From positions 1 to 52,826 of IMG/VR virus record IMGVR_UViG_3300046323_000202: 52,826 bases of DNA; one strand, given 5' to 3'. The notes below the pieces were generated by a model. It was given only the letters and a program-made list of their open reading frames with translations, was not told the origin of the DNA and did no database searches. Both the position numbers and the translations under genes were made by a program. Position 1 is the stretch's first letter; each line of letters opens with the position of its first letter. This DNA comes from a virus. Lineage: Duplodnaviria; Caudoviricetes. This document shows, one piece after another, positions 35,467 through 45,068 of this stretch.

Positions 35467-36015
35467 TTAACTTGTAGTGATTGTAGCATCAATCATATCT
35501 GTAATGTCTTTTCTACTCCTCTTATTCATAATGCTACTGATCGTTGTCCTTGGCTTACACATACTCCTAGCTACCTCAGCAACGCCTTCACCGGACTTGA
35601 CACGAGTGTAGCAGTCAATGACTTGTTCTTTAGTAAGAATCACAATTGAAGCATCAGTTGACCGCTTAATCATCCGTCCTTCCTCGTGCGCGTGTTTGAT
35701 GTTATCTGAACCTGAAATCCACTCAAGGTTGTCAACGTGGTTGTTGGACTTGTTGCAGTCTTTATGGTTCACTTGAGGGAGATTATCTGGATTGTCCAAG
35801 AAATGTTTAGCGACTAAACGGTGAATGTAATCGCGTTTGCTTTTAGTTTTACCAGAGTCAGACCTATAAGTTGCAACTTGCACTGAGAAATAACCCGCGC
35901 CATTGTCAGTTAGCTTTCGATGCTCTCCTTTTGTGTTAGTGATAAATCCTGTGTTAGATACTCGTGATGTAATAACCCCATTGAAGTAGACATCTTTCCA
36001 AATTTCTGTTGTCAT
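35467..36015 (-). CDS. Free-standing HNH homing endonuclease
   Basis: EIWK...VSNTG (NUMOD4-like), IHRLVA.HF, VNHKD.NK.NN..DNLEW....N..H, C-terminal HTH-like region. Confidence 0.9.
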   Translation of the reverse strand: MTTEIWKDVYFNGVITSRVSNTGFITNTKGEHRKLTDNGAGYFSVQVATYRSDSGKTKSKRDYIHRLVAKHFLDNPDNLPQVNHKDCNKSNNHVDNLEWISGSDNIKHAHEEGRMIKRSTDASIVILTKEQVIDCYTRVKSGEGVAEVARSMCKPRTTISSIMNKRSRKDITDMIDATITTS

Positions 36016-36032
36016 ATAAGCCCTTTAAATAA

Positions 36033-36191
36033 TTAGTGAACATCACGCCAGCTACCTTCGTAGCTTATCTTACCTTCTCCGTTAAGTGGCAATGCTAGCT
36101 TGAGTAATTCGCCAGCTTTAACAATAGCCTTAACACTCATTTTTTGGATAGCTTCCTGTGCACCATCTTCGACTTCAAAGCTGTATTCGTC
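36033..36191 (-). CDS. DNA polymerase family A, exon 2
   Basis: DEYSFEV...AIVKAGELLKL.LPL.GEGKI...GSWRDVH*, the normal PolA C-terminus; no own start. Confidence 0.92.
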   Translation of the reverse strand, partial: DEYSFEVEDGAQEAIQKMSVKAIVKAGELLKLALPLNGEGKISYEGSWRDVH

Positions 36192-36421
36192 CTTACTGTT
36201 GTGTACTTCGTTAGAGTACGCCCAGATTGCTCCGGGTGTCGGGCTAGCTCACCTTCCACCAGGGAAGTCTTCCATTTCGGATTCACTTGAACCCTACTCC
36301 CTTTCGGGATAGCCTCCACACGTTCCCTGCTAAGGGCTTCGCTCGGTATTGCCCACGAGGGGTTTCACCGAATTAGAAAGATTATTCGACTGATATTACT
36401 ACCAGAAGGCACCACAAATTA
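36192..36421 (-). ncRNA. Group I self-splicing intron (230 nt, ORF-less, IA2-like)
   Basis: Splits motif C VH|DE; exon ends in U, intron ends in G; P AAUUCGGUGAA, Q AAUACCGAGC, P7 GGCUA/UAGCC, P3, P7.1/P7.2, P8, GNRA-capped P2 and P9. Confidence 0.92.
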
Positions 36422-38386
36422 ATGCACCATTGAAATACGCTTAACTACTTTACCTTCTAGCAAATAGTAAGGTCTGCCTAACTCATCCAAATACATATCC
36501 CCAAGCCAAGTATCCATCAGACAAGCTGCATAGGACATTGCAATAGCACCACAACCTTGCCCTAGACACGATAGTAGCACGTTCTTACCACGAACAGAAA
36601 CAATACGTCCATCAATAGCTGGAATGTACTTTTTCTTACCAGTTGTCTCAAAGTACCCCTCGACTTGTTTCTTGAGTAACCCCAGACCTTTATTACTTTC
36701 CCAGTAGTTATCAAACGCTGCTTTGCCTGCACTCTGAGATAAACCAAGACTACTTGCTAGCTTAGGCGCTCCACCACCGAATGCCAGAAGGTATGCTCCA
36801 GTTTTAGCCTTGTTCCTCCATGACTTGAACTCAGGATTCTCTTTGTTAGTCTGGTCATTAATATCGAACTTCTCGTGCAATGCAGGAAAGAAAGCAAATG
36901 CGTTAAAACTATGAGGATCGCCCTCAGTCTGCATCCTAGCAAAAGCGCCATCATCGTACTTGTATGTGTAGCTACTGAGTGTTCTATTTTCAAGAGCGGC
37001 AGCATCAGTTCCACAGTACCAATAACCATTGTCAACATAGAACAAATCCCGCATTTCATTTCCAAGTAGAACCTTTGGGTCAGCCTTGGGACAATTCACT
37101 ACTGTCTTGTGCTTAACCCTTGACGTTGGTGCATAGCCAGAAATCTCAGCAGACAATCTCCCATCGAATTCAATACGCCAATTAGATAACCAACCATTGA
37201 CTACCCCTAATCTGTTTCTTAATGAAAGAAACTTAACTACCTTACGAGGAATCTCCCCATTTAGTTTCTCAAGATTAGGACAAAGCTGGCCTTGATTTTG
37301 AATCTTTGGTGTTGTCTTAATGAACTTATTCTTTTCGTCACGTATTGGCTTACCGTCTGGACCTTTCTTTACATTCCAGAAATCCTCATGAGGCTCCCAC
37401 CCGGAATCAATAAAGTACTGTTTTAACTCAGCGTTATCATCAATTTCCATTGGGAGTTCAATCGGTAGTACAGCATTCGCTTCGAGCTTTACCTTTAATC
37501 CATAGGCTTCAATCCAGCCATTACTCAATGTAGCACTGTGCTTCTCTAACCATTTAACCATCAACGCAGACATCTCACCGTTCTTTGTGAAGGGCTTACT
37601 TGGCTGCTTATAGAATGCTTGCTCTGCGGTCTTTAAAGCCCTAGGTGGTAGCTTAGGGTCAACCTCTAGCTTAATTACCTGCATAGCCTCTTCTACGTGC
37701 TTTACAAGGGCTTGTGCTTTGTCTACATTGAACCTAACACCAGTGTAAGCTTGCGCTGAGTACAGAAAGTAATCCTTCTGCATTTGACGAAAGCTAGGAT
37801 GCACCCAGTTCTCGCCATATAGAACTTGCGCTTGACCCCAAAGATTATTGAATACTTTAATCGTAGCATCCACGTCACGGTTACAGTAAGGCTCCATTAA
37901 CTCGTGATAAAAACTGAACTCGGTTCCCTTGGGTGAATCACGTTCTAACGCTCCAGCATCAATTAGACTTTTCCTATAGTCAATCTTACCTTCTTCATCC
38001 TCTGAACCAGAGAGGTACTCAAGGGAATGCTTAATTGAATTAGGATTCAAGTACATACTCAGAACGTAAGTATCCACGAATTGTACGTGCTTATCCTCAA
38101 TCCAATCCTTGCCGCCTTTACCTACCCTTGGCTGAATTCCAAGGAGCTTCCAGAGTACCCATAAATCGTACCCAAGACCATTATGCTGTACTACATAAGC
38201 ACCATCGTCGAATGAGTTCACCCACTGCATGATCTTTTCATAGTTCACTTCAGTACTATCACGAAATGGATGAATGCTTATTTCTCGTGCTCCGCCCAAT
38301 GACTTGAACTTGATGTACCAAATCTTCTTTGATTGTAAGTACAAATTATCAGCTTCAATGTCAAAGCACCAACCGTTTATGCTCAT
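36422..38386 (-). CDS. DNA polymerase family A, exon 1 (spliced product 707 aa)
   Basis: Exo motifs FDIEAD, HNGLGYD, YCNRDV; motif A GTDAAALENR; motif B RNKAKTGAY; ends ISMVH at the intron. Confidence 0.93.
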
Positions 38387-38410
38387 ATCAACCTTTCAGT
38401 GTTTAAAAAT

Positions 38411-38450
38411 AAAAAGACAGTCTACCACAAGATGATAGCTGTCTTTTGTT
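38411..38450. terminator. Hairpin/terminator between helicase and polymerase
   Basis: AAAAGACAG...CTGTCTTTT stem with A/T flanks. Confidence 0.55.
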
Positions 38451-38457
38451 TACATGC

Positions 38458-40230
38458 TTAAAACGTATCCATCCCATTCTCTTTCTTCCATTCTTCTAAA
38501 TCATACATTTGATGTGTATCGGAACAATAGTACAAATCCCCTGCCGCCCCAGTAATACTTCCTCTACGATTCTTACTAAGAACTACGTGAGTTGTATTTC
38601 TGACAATAGGATCAGTATTGTACTTGTCCCTACTTAACATAGCTACCCATGATGCACTCTTCGTTAAGGCTCCAGAACCATAAATGGCTTCCTCTGGTAC
38701 AAAAGCTCCAGAACTAGCAGCACCTTTATTGTCAGAGGACTTTCTAATGTGAGCAAGTAGCAAGAAACTAACCGGATAAGTTTTCATCGTACTTTTCAAA
38801 AACTTCATAAAACCAGCAGCAGCTTCGTGTGGAAGTGATTCGAATAGGTCGGATACCGGATCAAGGATAATAATCTGACACCCACCGGAGATAATCATTT
38901 CGAGTATCTTATCTTCCATAACTTCAATGCTGAAATCACGTTCATCAAGCACCATAAACCTATCAGCACCAGTCTCTGTTTTAAACAACTCATCAGACTT
39001 AGCTTTAATATCAGGTGTCTTCAAGTAATTAATACGCTCTACTGGATCATTAATTGATGAAATTCGGTTGTGGATATGACGAGAAAGAAGAGCCTGTGCA
39101 TACTGTCCTGCATCCAATTCAAGACTAACAATACCTGTCTTGTACTGTGTATTAAATAGTAAGTGATAAATAATCTCGTTAGCTATTGTTGTCTTGGCAG
39201 CACCTGTTCCTGCTGCGATAACTCCACAAGTCTGCAACTCAAATGATCCAAGCATAGTCTCTAACTTGGACATAAAAGGTGGAAACGGAATACGTTCACG
39301 TCCAGCTTGCTCCAAAAGTTTTTCATACAATTCAGAACTACCTACTACACCTGCGGGTACGTATGCCTTAGCATTGTAGTAATCACTAATAAACAGTTTC
39401 TCAAGATCATCCTCTAACATTTTATTAGGGTCTTTACGACTCCACTTAGCAATGAATACTTTACCTTTTGGGAGCGCAGCGATAGCCTTTTCTGTCGCTT
39501 CAATACCAGCATCATCCTGATCGAATCCCAGTACAATACGATCAAACCCATCATAGAATGCATAATTCTTAGCTAATTGTTTGGCGCAACCAGTCTCACC
39601 AACTGTAGGAGAAACTACCGGAGTCTCGTAATCCCAGCCTTTACTTTTATAGTAGTTCTGAAGCATCTGATATGCGGCTAGTGCATCGTGCTCTCCACCT
39701 ACGATAAGAACGAACTTACCTCCAGTTTTGAACTTAAATTGGCCGAACATATCACAAGTATTTCCAGTACGTCCGATACTTCCACCAAAGATTTTCGGAT
39801 GTACCCTTGGCTTCCAACCTGAAAGTTCCCCATCTTCTGTACATGGATAATAAACAGCAGATACATCCCCGGACTCTTCATCGTACTCTGTACGTACACC
39901 GTAGGCTTTCAGAGTGGCATCTGAAATTCCACGGTAGTTATTCCCTTTCAGTGAAGTACGGGATTTCAGTTCTTCAGTTTGTTCTGGTGTAACTGCTGCT
40001 TTACTCTTTTGTTTATCTTCACTCATAGTATCCTTTGTTTTATCTTGTTTAATATTCCGTTTACCTTTAGTCTTCTCTGCGTTCTTACTCTCAATGTACT
40101 CTTTACTTGCTACAGTTTTACCGCAGCTAAAGCAATGAGAGTTCTCACTTCCGTCTTCATCTTGATAGACGGCTTTAGCGTCAGAGCTTCCACAGCTATC
40201 GCAGCCTTCGTGTCTCAATAAAACACTCAT
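38458..40230 (-). CDS. T7 gp4-like DNA primase-helicase
   Basis: N-terminal CDSCGSSD...CFSC Zn finger, TOPRIM GEHDA/FDQDDAG/KDPN, Walker A AAGTGAAKTT, ILDP, HIRK, YGSG, KNR. Confidence 0.93.
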   Translation of the reverse strand: MSVLLRHEGCDSCGSSDAKAVYQDEDGSENSHCFSCGKTVASKEYIESKNAEKTKGKRNIKQDKTKDTMSEDKQKSKAAVTPEQTEELKSRTSLKGNNYRGISDATLKAYGVRTEYDEESGDVSAVYYPCTEDGELSGWKPRVHPKIFGGSIGRTGNTCDMFGQFKFKTGGKFVLIVGGEHDALAAYQMLQNYYKSKGWDYETPVVSPTVGETGCAKQLAKNYAFYDGFDRIVLGFDQDDAGIEATEKAIAALPKGKVFIAKWSRKDPNKMLEDDLEKLFISDYYNAKAYVPAGVVGSSELYEKLLEQAGRERIPFPPFMSKLETMLGSFELQTCGVIAAGTGAAKTTIANEIIYHLLFNTQYKTGIVSLELDAGQYAQALLSRHIHNRISSINDPVERINYLKTPDIKAKSDELFKTETGADRFMVLDERDFSIEVMEDKILEMIISGGCQIIILDPVSDLFESLPHEAAAGFMKFLKSTMKTYPVSFLLLAHIRKSSDNKGAASSGAFVPEEAIYGSGALTKSASWVAMLSRDKYNTDPIVRNTTHVVLSKNRRGSITGAAGDLYYCSDTHQMYDLEEWKKENGMDTF

Positions 40231-40249
40231 TAATCCTCCTTAATCTTTA

Positions 40250-40438
40250 TCAGAAATAATTCTTTATTATTTCTTGGATATCTCTAGCATAAATCGCTGC
40301 TACAGCATCACTTACACCAGCACGACTGAACCTATTCAGTAAGAATTCTAGCATCTCCTTTGGTGTATCTGCGACAGGCTCATTACAACCACATTCACAA
40401 TCAGTAAATATTGCAATGTTACTTCCTAGTGTATTCAT
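40250..40438 (-). CDS. Hypothetical protein
   Basis: SD AAGGAG; CECGC motif. Confidence 0.6.
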   Translation of the reverse strand: MNTLGSNIAIFTDCECGCNEPVADTPKEMLEFLLNRFSRAGVSDAVAAIYARDIQEIIKNYF

Positions 40439-40467
40439 AGAAACTCCTTAAATCGTAGCATTGTACA

Positions 40468-41484
40468 TCATCCCTTCTTGATAAGGTACGAGGCTCCGAT
40501 AACTTTGAAACTTTCGTTCGTCTCTAGGTTCTTGTACACATAACCTTCCCTGATAGCTTTCGTATTAACGCACGATGTCCCATCTGCTGAATCAATAAGC
40601 TCCTGCATAGTGCTGTAGAACTCGCCTAAGCAAAGATTACCCTCGTGTGGTACGTGAGGTACACCCAAGACCAACGCGACCCTGTAAGCCTGATCTGGTG
40701 GCAAATAAGACTGGTCATCAATGTCATAGATGGAGTACAGTGCGAATCGCTGGTCATCAAGACCGTAGAGATTACCATTGATACCCGTTCCATAAATCTC
40801 ACCTTGAATAGCGAGATTACGCCCAGTGCTACGAAGGATTTCAAGTAGTTTGTACTTCTTGGTCATTTTCCAGTACGTGTTATTTTCATCCTCCAGTAGC
40901 TCAAGATTACGCGAGCAAACACCAGAGTGATCTGCATTAACGAATACTGTCATAGAACTACCATCTAGTTTCTCAGTCTTCTGCCATACTGAACCGTTAC
41001 CTAACCAAATATTAAAATCCCTAGAAAGATTCTGTACTCGTTCCTGATCTGTTTTGGGAATAAAACTAGGAAAGTTACCCTTGGCATTAGCTGGAATGAA
41101 TTCTTCTGGTGCTTCCCATTTGATGATACCTAGAATACCTGTAATATCTAGTCCTTCAATCAACTCTACGTTGTCCAGTACATAAGGAGATAATGGAAGA
41201 ATTAATCCTTGACTAATCTGCTTCTTGAGCTTGACAGTCTTCAGCCGTTCACCACGAATACTCATGTACTCCCTTGGCTCTTTTCCTTTACTAAGGAACG
41301 ATGCAAGTTCAGTTGGTACGAAAGAATCAATTTCGATGTACGTGACTAATTCTCCAACAGTGAACTCACCTTTCTTACCTACGACCCACCAGCCTTGCAC
41401 ACGATATGCTTGGATCAGATCAGCATCTGGAATATCTTTGACTTCAGCGATACGCTGGATGCTTGCTAGTTTACGTTCTGTCAT
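40468..41484 (-). CDS. RNA ligase (DRB0094/Rnl5-like)
   Basis: RKLASIQRI..., YIEIDS, SQGL, FP.FIPKTDQERVQN, TEKLDGSS, QGE..G.GI..N, EG.V.K, SFKVI. Confidence 0.88.
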   Translation of the reverse strand: MTERKLASIQRIAEVKDIPDADLIQAYRVQGWWVVGKKGEFTVGELVTYIEIDSFVPTELASFLSKGKEPREYMSIRGERLKTVKLKKQISQGLILPLSPYVLDNVELIEGLDITGILGIIKWEAPEEFIPANAKGNFPSFIPKTDQERVQNLSRDFNIWLGNGSVWQKTEKLDGSSMTVFVNADHSGVCSRNLELLEDENNTYWKMTKKYKLLEILRSTGRNLAIQGEIYGTGINGNLYGLDDQRFALYSIYDIDDQSYLPPDQAYRVALVLGVPHVPHEGNLCLGEFYSTMQELIDSADGTSCVNTKAIREGYVYKNLETNESFKVIGASYLIKKG

Positions 41485-41494
41485 TGTAATCTCC

Positions 41495-41914
41495 TTATTC
41501 CTTAGCGGTTTCTTCTACGGTAATTCCGTGTTGCTTCCTGTATTCTACTTCATTCAAGAACAATTCCTTGATATGAGCAGGAATGTGAGTCTGCGTATCT
41601 AGGATTGCTTGGATGTGTGAATCTCCGAGCTTAAACAAAGGAATCCATACTTTATCATTACGGTAGTCACGCAAGAAGGAACCCCAACAGAAGTACTTAC
41701 GGATTTCCTCGTGTTTATCGTCAGTGTACAAGCAAAGGCTTGTGAGTTTACCGGATACACGACTCATCAAAGTGCCACCATCAACTGCCGAATATTCGTT
41801 GTTAGCATCTACGTAGTCAACGTAGTCGTAACGGTGCTTTGATTGCAGAATATGACCATCAGCACATAACCAACGGTTTACTAGGAGTTTTGGAGTATCA
41901 TCTTCACTGTTCAT
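41495..41914 (-). CDS. Hypothetical protein
   Basis: LQSKHRYDYV...VDGG motif; coupled to denV. Confidence 0.7.
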   Translation of the reverse strand: MNSEDDTPKLLVNRWLCADGHILQSKHRYDYVDYVDANNEYSAVDGGTLMSRVSGKLTSLCLYTDDKHEEIRKYFCWGSFLRDYRNDKVWIPLFKLGDSHIQAILDTQTHIPAHIKELFLNEVEYRKQHGITVEETAKE

Positions 41915-42312
41915 TATTTACCTTTCAGTTGTTTCTTAGCTGCACTATCAGCTAATCGTTCGTTAATTCTAGCACGATTCAACGCCAGTGCAGCATCCGT
42001 AACTTTGTAGTTCCAGAATAAACTCCGATCAATCCCTCGTTCTAGTTCAGCTTGATCTACGCGATTACAGACGTAGCCTCTGTGCTGCATTTCGGTACAA
42101 AGGGAGTTATACCGTTCGGTGATGTACTTGAGCTTGTCAAAGAAAAACAAACAATGGCCAGTACCTAACGTGTAATCATTCGGAATCTTCTTCTTGTGAA
42201 TCTCGTACTGAGCTTTACGGGCTAATCCAAAGATGCGTGTGATTTCATGTACCTCTGCGACAAGATGTTTGCCAGTTAATTCGGAAGGCTGTACTACGTT
42301 AATACGGGTCAT
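41914..42312 (-). CDS. denV: Pyrimidine dimer DNA glycosylase (T4 endonuclease V)
   Basis: MTRIN...L...HL.AE..EI.R, YTLGTGH..FF.DKL..., N..RI.ER. Confidence 0.92.
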   Translation of the reverse strand: MTRINVVQPSELTGKHLVAEVHEITRIFGLARKAQYEIHKKKIPNDYTLGTGHCLFFFDKLKYITERYNSLCTEMQHRGYVCNRVDQAELERGIDRSLFWNYKVTDAALALNRARINERLADSAAKKQLKGK

Positions 42313-42329
42313 TCTAGTTCCTTATTTAA

Positions 42330-43220
42330 TCAAAGATCAATCTTATCACGGATGCCCTTAAAAACCCCAAACCGGGGCACATCATACCCGCCCACATCGA
42401 AATATTTAACAGTAGCCAACTTACCAACTAGACTGTCGCGCACAGCCCACAGTTCATCCCTTGTTTTATCATCAAAGCCACTACCGCAACCGAACTCTTT
42501 ACCTTCTGGTGTACGCAAATAAAGTACTCCAAGTGTGTCCAGTGCAACCATACCTTCTTTATTGGTCGAACGTGAGGTTCTGCCTAGCTCATTAACTTTA
42601 GCTTCATTTGAATTATGGTACTTGCACTCAAATCCTACGATTTCGAATTCAGAGTCTCTGAACAATTTCATTTTCAGTAGCAACCCTTCCTTGATACTTG
42701 ACCTTCCGAACTTGTACTTTCCAGTCATTTTCTTAACCATAGCACCCTCATAACCCTCTTCCACTGCTTTAGTCCTGTAAGCCTCCAGTTCAACCTCAGA
42801 TCGTACAACAGTCTGCTTCAGCACTACTACCCTAGGAATCAATGGAAGAGCTTCTAGGGCTTCCTGACGCTCTTGTGCTGTGGATGTAATATTCACTCTA
42901 TCAAAAGCAAAGAACTGGAATTCCTCGACTTTATCAATTGACATTACGAAACTGGTTGTATCCCGAAATACTGTCTCGGACGTAGGTGAACCGTTAATGA
43001 ACTCTCCGTCAAGTCCTTCAAGATTCTGAGCATTCTCCTTAGCCCATTTCTGGATGGAAAGATTAGGAATCAGCTTAAGACTACGAGAATAAGCTACACC
43101 GTTGAAAATGGTTGCTCGAATACCGTCTAGCTTTTTACTAACATACAAAGGGTAACTGAGCTTACTCAAGTCATCAATTTGTGTCGCTAACATCGGGGAG
43201 AACTTACGATCTTTATTCAT
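42330..43220 (-). CDS. ATP-dependent DNA ligase
   Basis: PMLA, KLDGIR, LDGE, FD, GYEG, Y..GRS, LLK.K, GSGF, PRF. Confidence 0.93.
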   Translation of the reverse strand: MNKDRKFSPMLATQIDDLSKLSYPLYVSKKLDGIRATIFNGVAYSRSLKLIPNLSIQKWAKENAQNLEGLDGEFINGSPTSETVFRDTTSFVMSIDKVEEFQFFAFDRVNITSTAQERQEALEALPLIPRVVVLKQTVVRSEVELEAYRTKAVEEGYEGAMVKKMTGKYKFGRSSIKEGLLLKMKLFRDSEFEIVGFECKYHNSNEAKVNELGRTSRSTNKEGMVALDTLGVLYLRTPEGKEFGCGSGFDDKTRDELWAVRDSLVGKLATVKYFDVGGYDVPRFGVFKGIRDKIDL

Positions 43221-43756
43221 TTTCCATGCCTTTCTGTATAATCACCAATTGTGCTCAGCTTGTCTTCTCTCCAGTTGATTGCCAACTCCAGAGCGGCCTC
43301 TTCACCAAGTTTTAAAAGATTGAAAGATTTACTTCTGGTTTTACCGTCATGTTTGATTGTAGCAATAACATACTCGATAGTGTTGACAGTGTAAAAACCT
43401 ATCCCAGTAATACCTGAGATATTATTAGATTGCTTTCTTCTATTCCTAGTGTTAACTTTTTGAGATGTCACTCTTATATTCTTTATATTGTTATTATAGG
43501 GATTTCCATCTAGATGGTCTATAATAAAATTATTTAGAATTTCTTTGCTATTTAATATAGCAATAATTCTATGTACTAACCACCTTCCACTATTAAATGA
43601 AAGCATCCATCCTATACGCCCAAGCGACTTCGCTTTTTTAGAAGGTATTCTACCAACTGGTTTATTATTTAAGTTACTTAAACCAGTTGGACTATCACTA
43701 TCTAATTTAAAATGCAATTTCCAATCTACTTCATAGTAGTCTCTTGTTGTTTTCAT
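43217..43756 (-). CDS. HNH-AP2-type homing endonuclease
   Basis: VHRII, IDHLDGNPYNN.I.N.R, N.SG..G and AP2-like C-terminus; very AT-rich; start at SD-preceded ATG 43756. Confidence 0.85.
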   Translation of the reverse strand: MKTTRDYYEVDWKLHFKLDSDSPTGLSNLNNKPVGRIPSKKAKSLGRIGWMLSFNSGRWLVHRIIAILNSKEILNNFIIDHLDGNPYNNNIKNIRVTSQKVNTRNRRKQSNNISGITGIGFYTVNTIEYVIATIKHDGKTRSKSFNLLKLGEEAALELAINWREDKLSTIGDYTERHGK

Positions 43757-43807
43757 ATTTTCTCCTGTTAAAACTAGAGTATACCTCAAAAGAGCGCGAG
43801 TCAACCT

Positions 43808-43848
43808 CAAAAACAACAAAAGCTCCTATCCGTTAGAACAGGAGCTTT
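43808..43848 (-). terminator. Terminator
   Basis: AAAGCTCCT/AGGAGCTTT stem with minus-strand T-rich tail. Confidence 0.7.
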
Positions 43849-43851
43849 AAT

Positions 43852-44016
43852 TTATTCTTGAGATTGAACCTTTGGATCAGTTCCAAGAACATGAATCAAA
43901 CGATTGATTGAGTCAATAATTAACTGCTGATTCTGTAGCCCTAGATCATGCCATGAGCGAGAATCATTAGTCTTTTCTTTGATTGCATTCCAGTAATCAA
44001 TTACGTTAAAATTCAT
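43852..44016 (-). CDS. Small hypothetical protein (54 aa), not in the ORF track
   Basis: MNFNVIDYWNAIKEK...; SD GAGG; ATGA overlap. Confidence 0.65.
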   Translation of the reverse strand: MNFNVIDYWNAIKEKTNDSRSWHDLGLQNQQLIIDSINRLIHVLGTDPKVQSQE

Positions 44017-44195
44017 TGTTCACCTCGTTTCATCGAACGCTGTACCTTGAAATCATCCTTGGATTTGATGCGTTTCTTATCTTTGGGTTCGTACTGCTCT
44101 TTAGCTGGCGCTGGAGTCTTCTCCTTGGAATCCTGCGCGTATTGACGTGAGCTAAACATAAAGAAATCCTCTTCCTCAATGAATTTAATCTTCAT
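44013..44195 (-). CDS. Hypothetical basic protein
   Basis: ATGA-coupled on both sides. Confidence 0.6.
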   Translation of the reverse strand: MKIKFIEEEDFFMFSSRQYAQDSKEKTPAPAKEQYEPKDKKRIKSKDDFKVQRSMKRGEQ

Positions 44196-44440
44196 TCTGT
44201 TTCTCCAGTATCACTATTAAGTGCTTCGTTGTCGCTTGAACTAGCGTTCAACGCTTCTACCATCATAGCAGCGTCCTCGAAGTCCAGATCAACTTGGACT
44301 GTAGCAAGTAGCTCTCCTTTACGATCTACTGCCACTACATTGAACTTCTGAAAACTCGTAGGACTGCGCGTAATCGTAAAGGCGTGAACGCTGGATTTAT
44401 TGGGCTGAGTAGCTTGTACTGATTGGATGGATTGATTCAT
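44192..44440 (-). CDS. Hypothetical protein
   Basis: ORF in operon. Confidence 0.6.
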   Translation of the reverse strand: MNQSIQSVQATQPNKSSVHAFTITRSPTSFQKFNVVAVDRKGELLATVQVDLDFEDAAMMVEALNASSSDNEALNSDTGETE

Positions 44441-44456
44441 GTGTTCTTTCTATTAG

Positions 44457-44639
44457 TTAATTACTGGAGTCAGAATTACAGCCCGAAAATTCCCTGTGTT
44501 GTATTCTATATTCAACACCGATAGAACTCTTTGCTTCTCGTTCATCTTCTTTGGTGTTGAAGTACAAGTAGTCCTCATCTGGAATATTCTGAGAGGTTTT
44601 GGGTTTCATTTTGGGATTTATTTTGGATTTATTCTGCAT
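44457..44639 (-). CDS. Hypothetical protein
   Basis: SD AGGAG. Confidence 0.5.
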   Translation of the reverse strand: MQNKSKINPKMKPKTSQNIPDEDYLYFNTKEDEREAKSSIGVEYRIQHREFSGCNSDSSN

Positions 44640-44758
44640 CAGTTCACTCCTACCTTGATTATCCTGTACCTTTTATTGTTGATCTTAAGGTACAAGCCAG
44701 CCCAAAGAAACATCCTTGGTGATTGCCAGATTAATCTAACCTTAGGAAACTGCATCAT
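44639..44758 (-). CDS. Small hypothetical protein (39 aa), not in the ORF track
   Basis: MMQFPKVRLIWQSPRMFLWAG...; SD AAGGAG; TGATG coupling. Confidence 0.5.
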   Translation of the reverse strand: MMQFPKVRLIWQSPRMFLWAGLYLKINNKRYRIIKVGVN

Positions 44759-45068
44759 TTTTCTCCTTTGTATAAGCCTTGATTCTCTTCTGCAATGAAA
44801 CAGCAGGGGTGAACTTCAGTGTTGTGCTTTCAGGATAAGTACAAGGTTCACCTGAAGTTAAACTCGCTGTAGTAAAAGAGGGATTAATCTTGGGTTGGAA
44901 CGTACCAAAACCATCAAGTGCAATTGTACGTCCTTCTTTTACTAATTGTTCGATTACTTCAGTAAAAATATTCAGCATATCATCACACTCGTAAACAAGA
45001 TAATCTTCGCTCCATTCAGACATCAAAGATGCGAGAGTCTTACGGTTGATATTTGCTTTAGAAGTCAT
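44742..45068 (-). CDS. HU/IHF-like DNA-binding protein
   Basis: L..G..I.L.GFGTF......GE...P....KF.P...L.K. Confidence 0.8.
   Translation of the reverse strand: MTSKANINRKTLASLMSEWSEDYLVYECDDMLNIFTEVIEQLVKEGRTIALDGFGTFQPKINPSFTTASLTSGEPCTYPESTTLKFTPAVSLQKRIKAYTKEKNDAVS

Noticed and set aside
36137-36319. Intron-encoded ORF (60 aa)
   Set aside because: Runs through the ribozyme core and out of frame into exon 2; no nuclease motif
36419-38386. Truncated or pseudogenised DNA polymerase, or stop-codon recoding
   Set aside because: The missing C-terminus lies 230 nt downstream in another frame and is restored by group I splicing; other genes read normally in code 11
43778-43804. Promoter TTGACT...TATACT upstream of the HNH-AP2 gene
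   Set aside because: Hexamers are good but the spacer is only 15 bp; left uncalled
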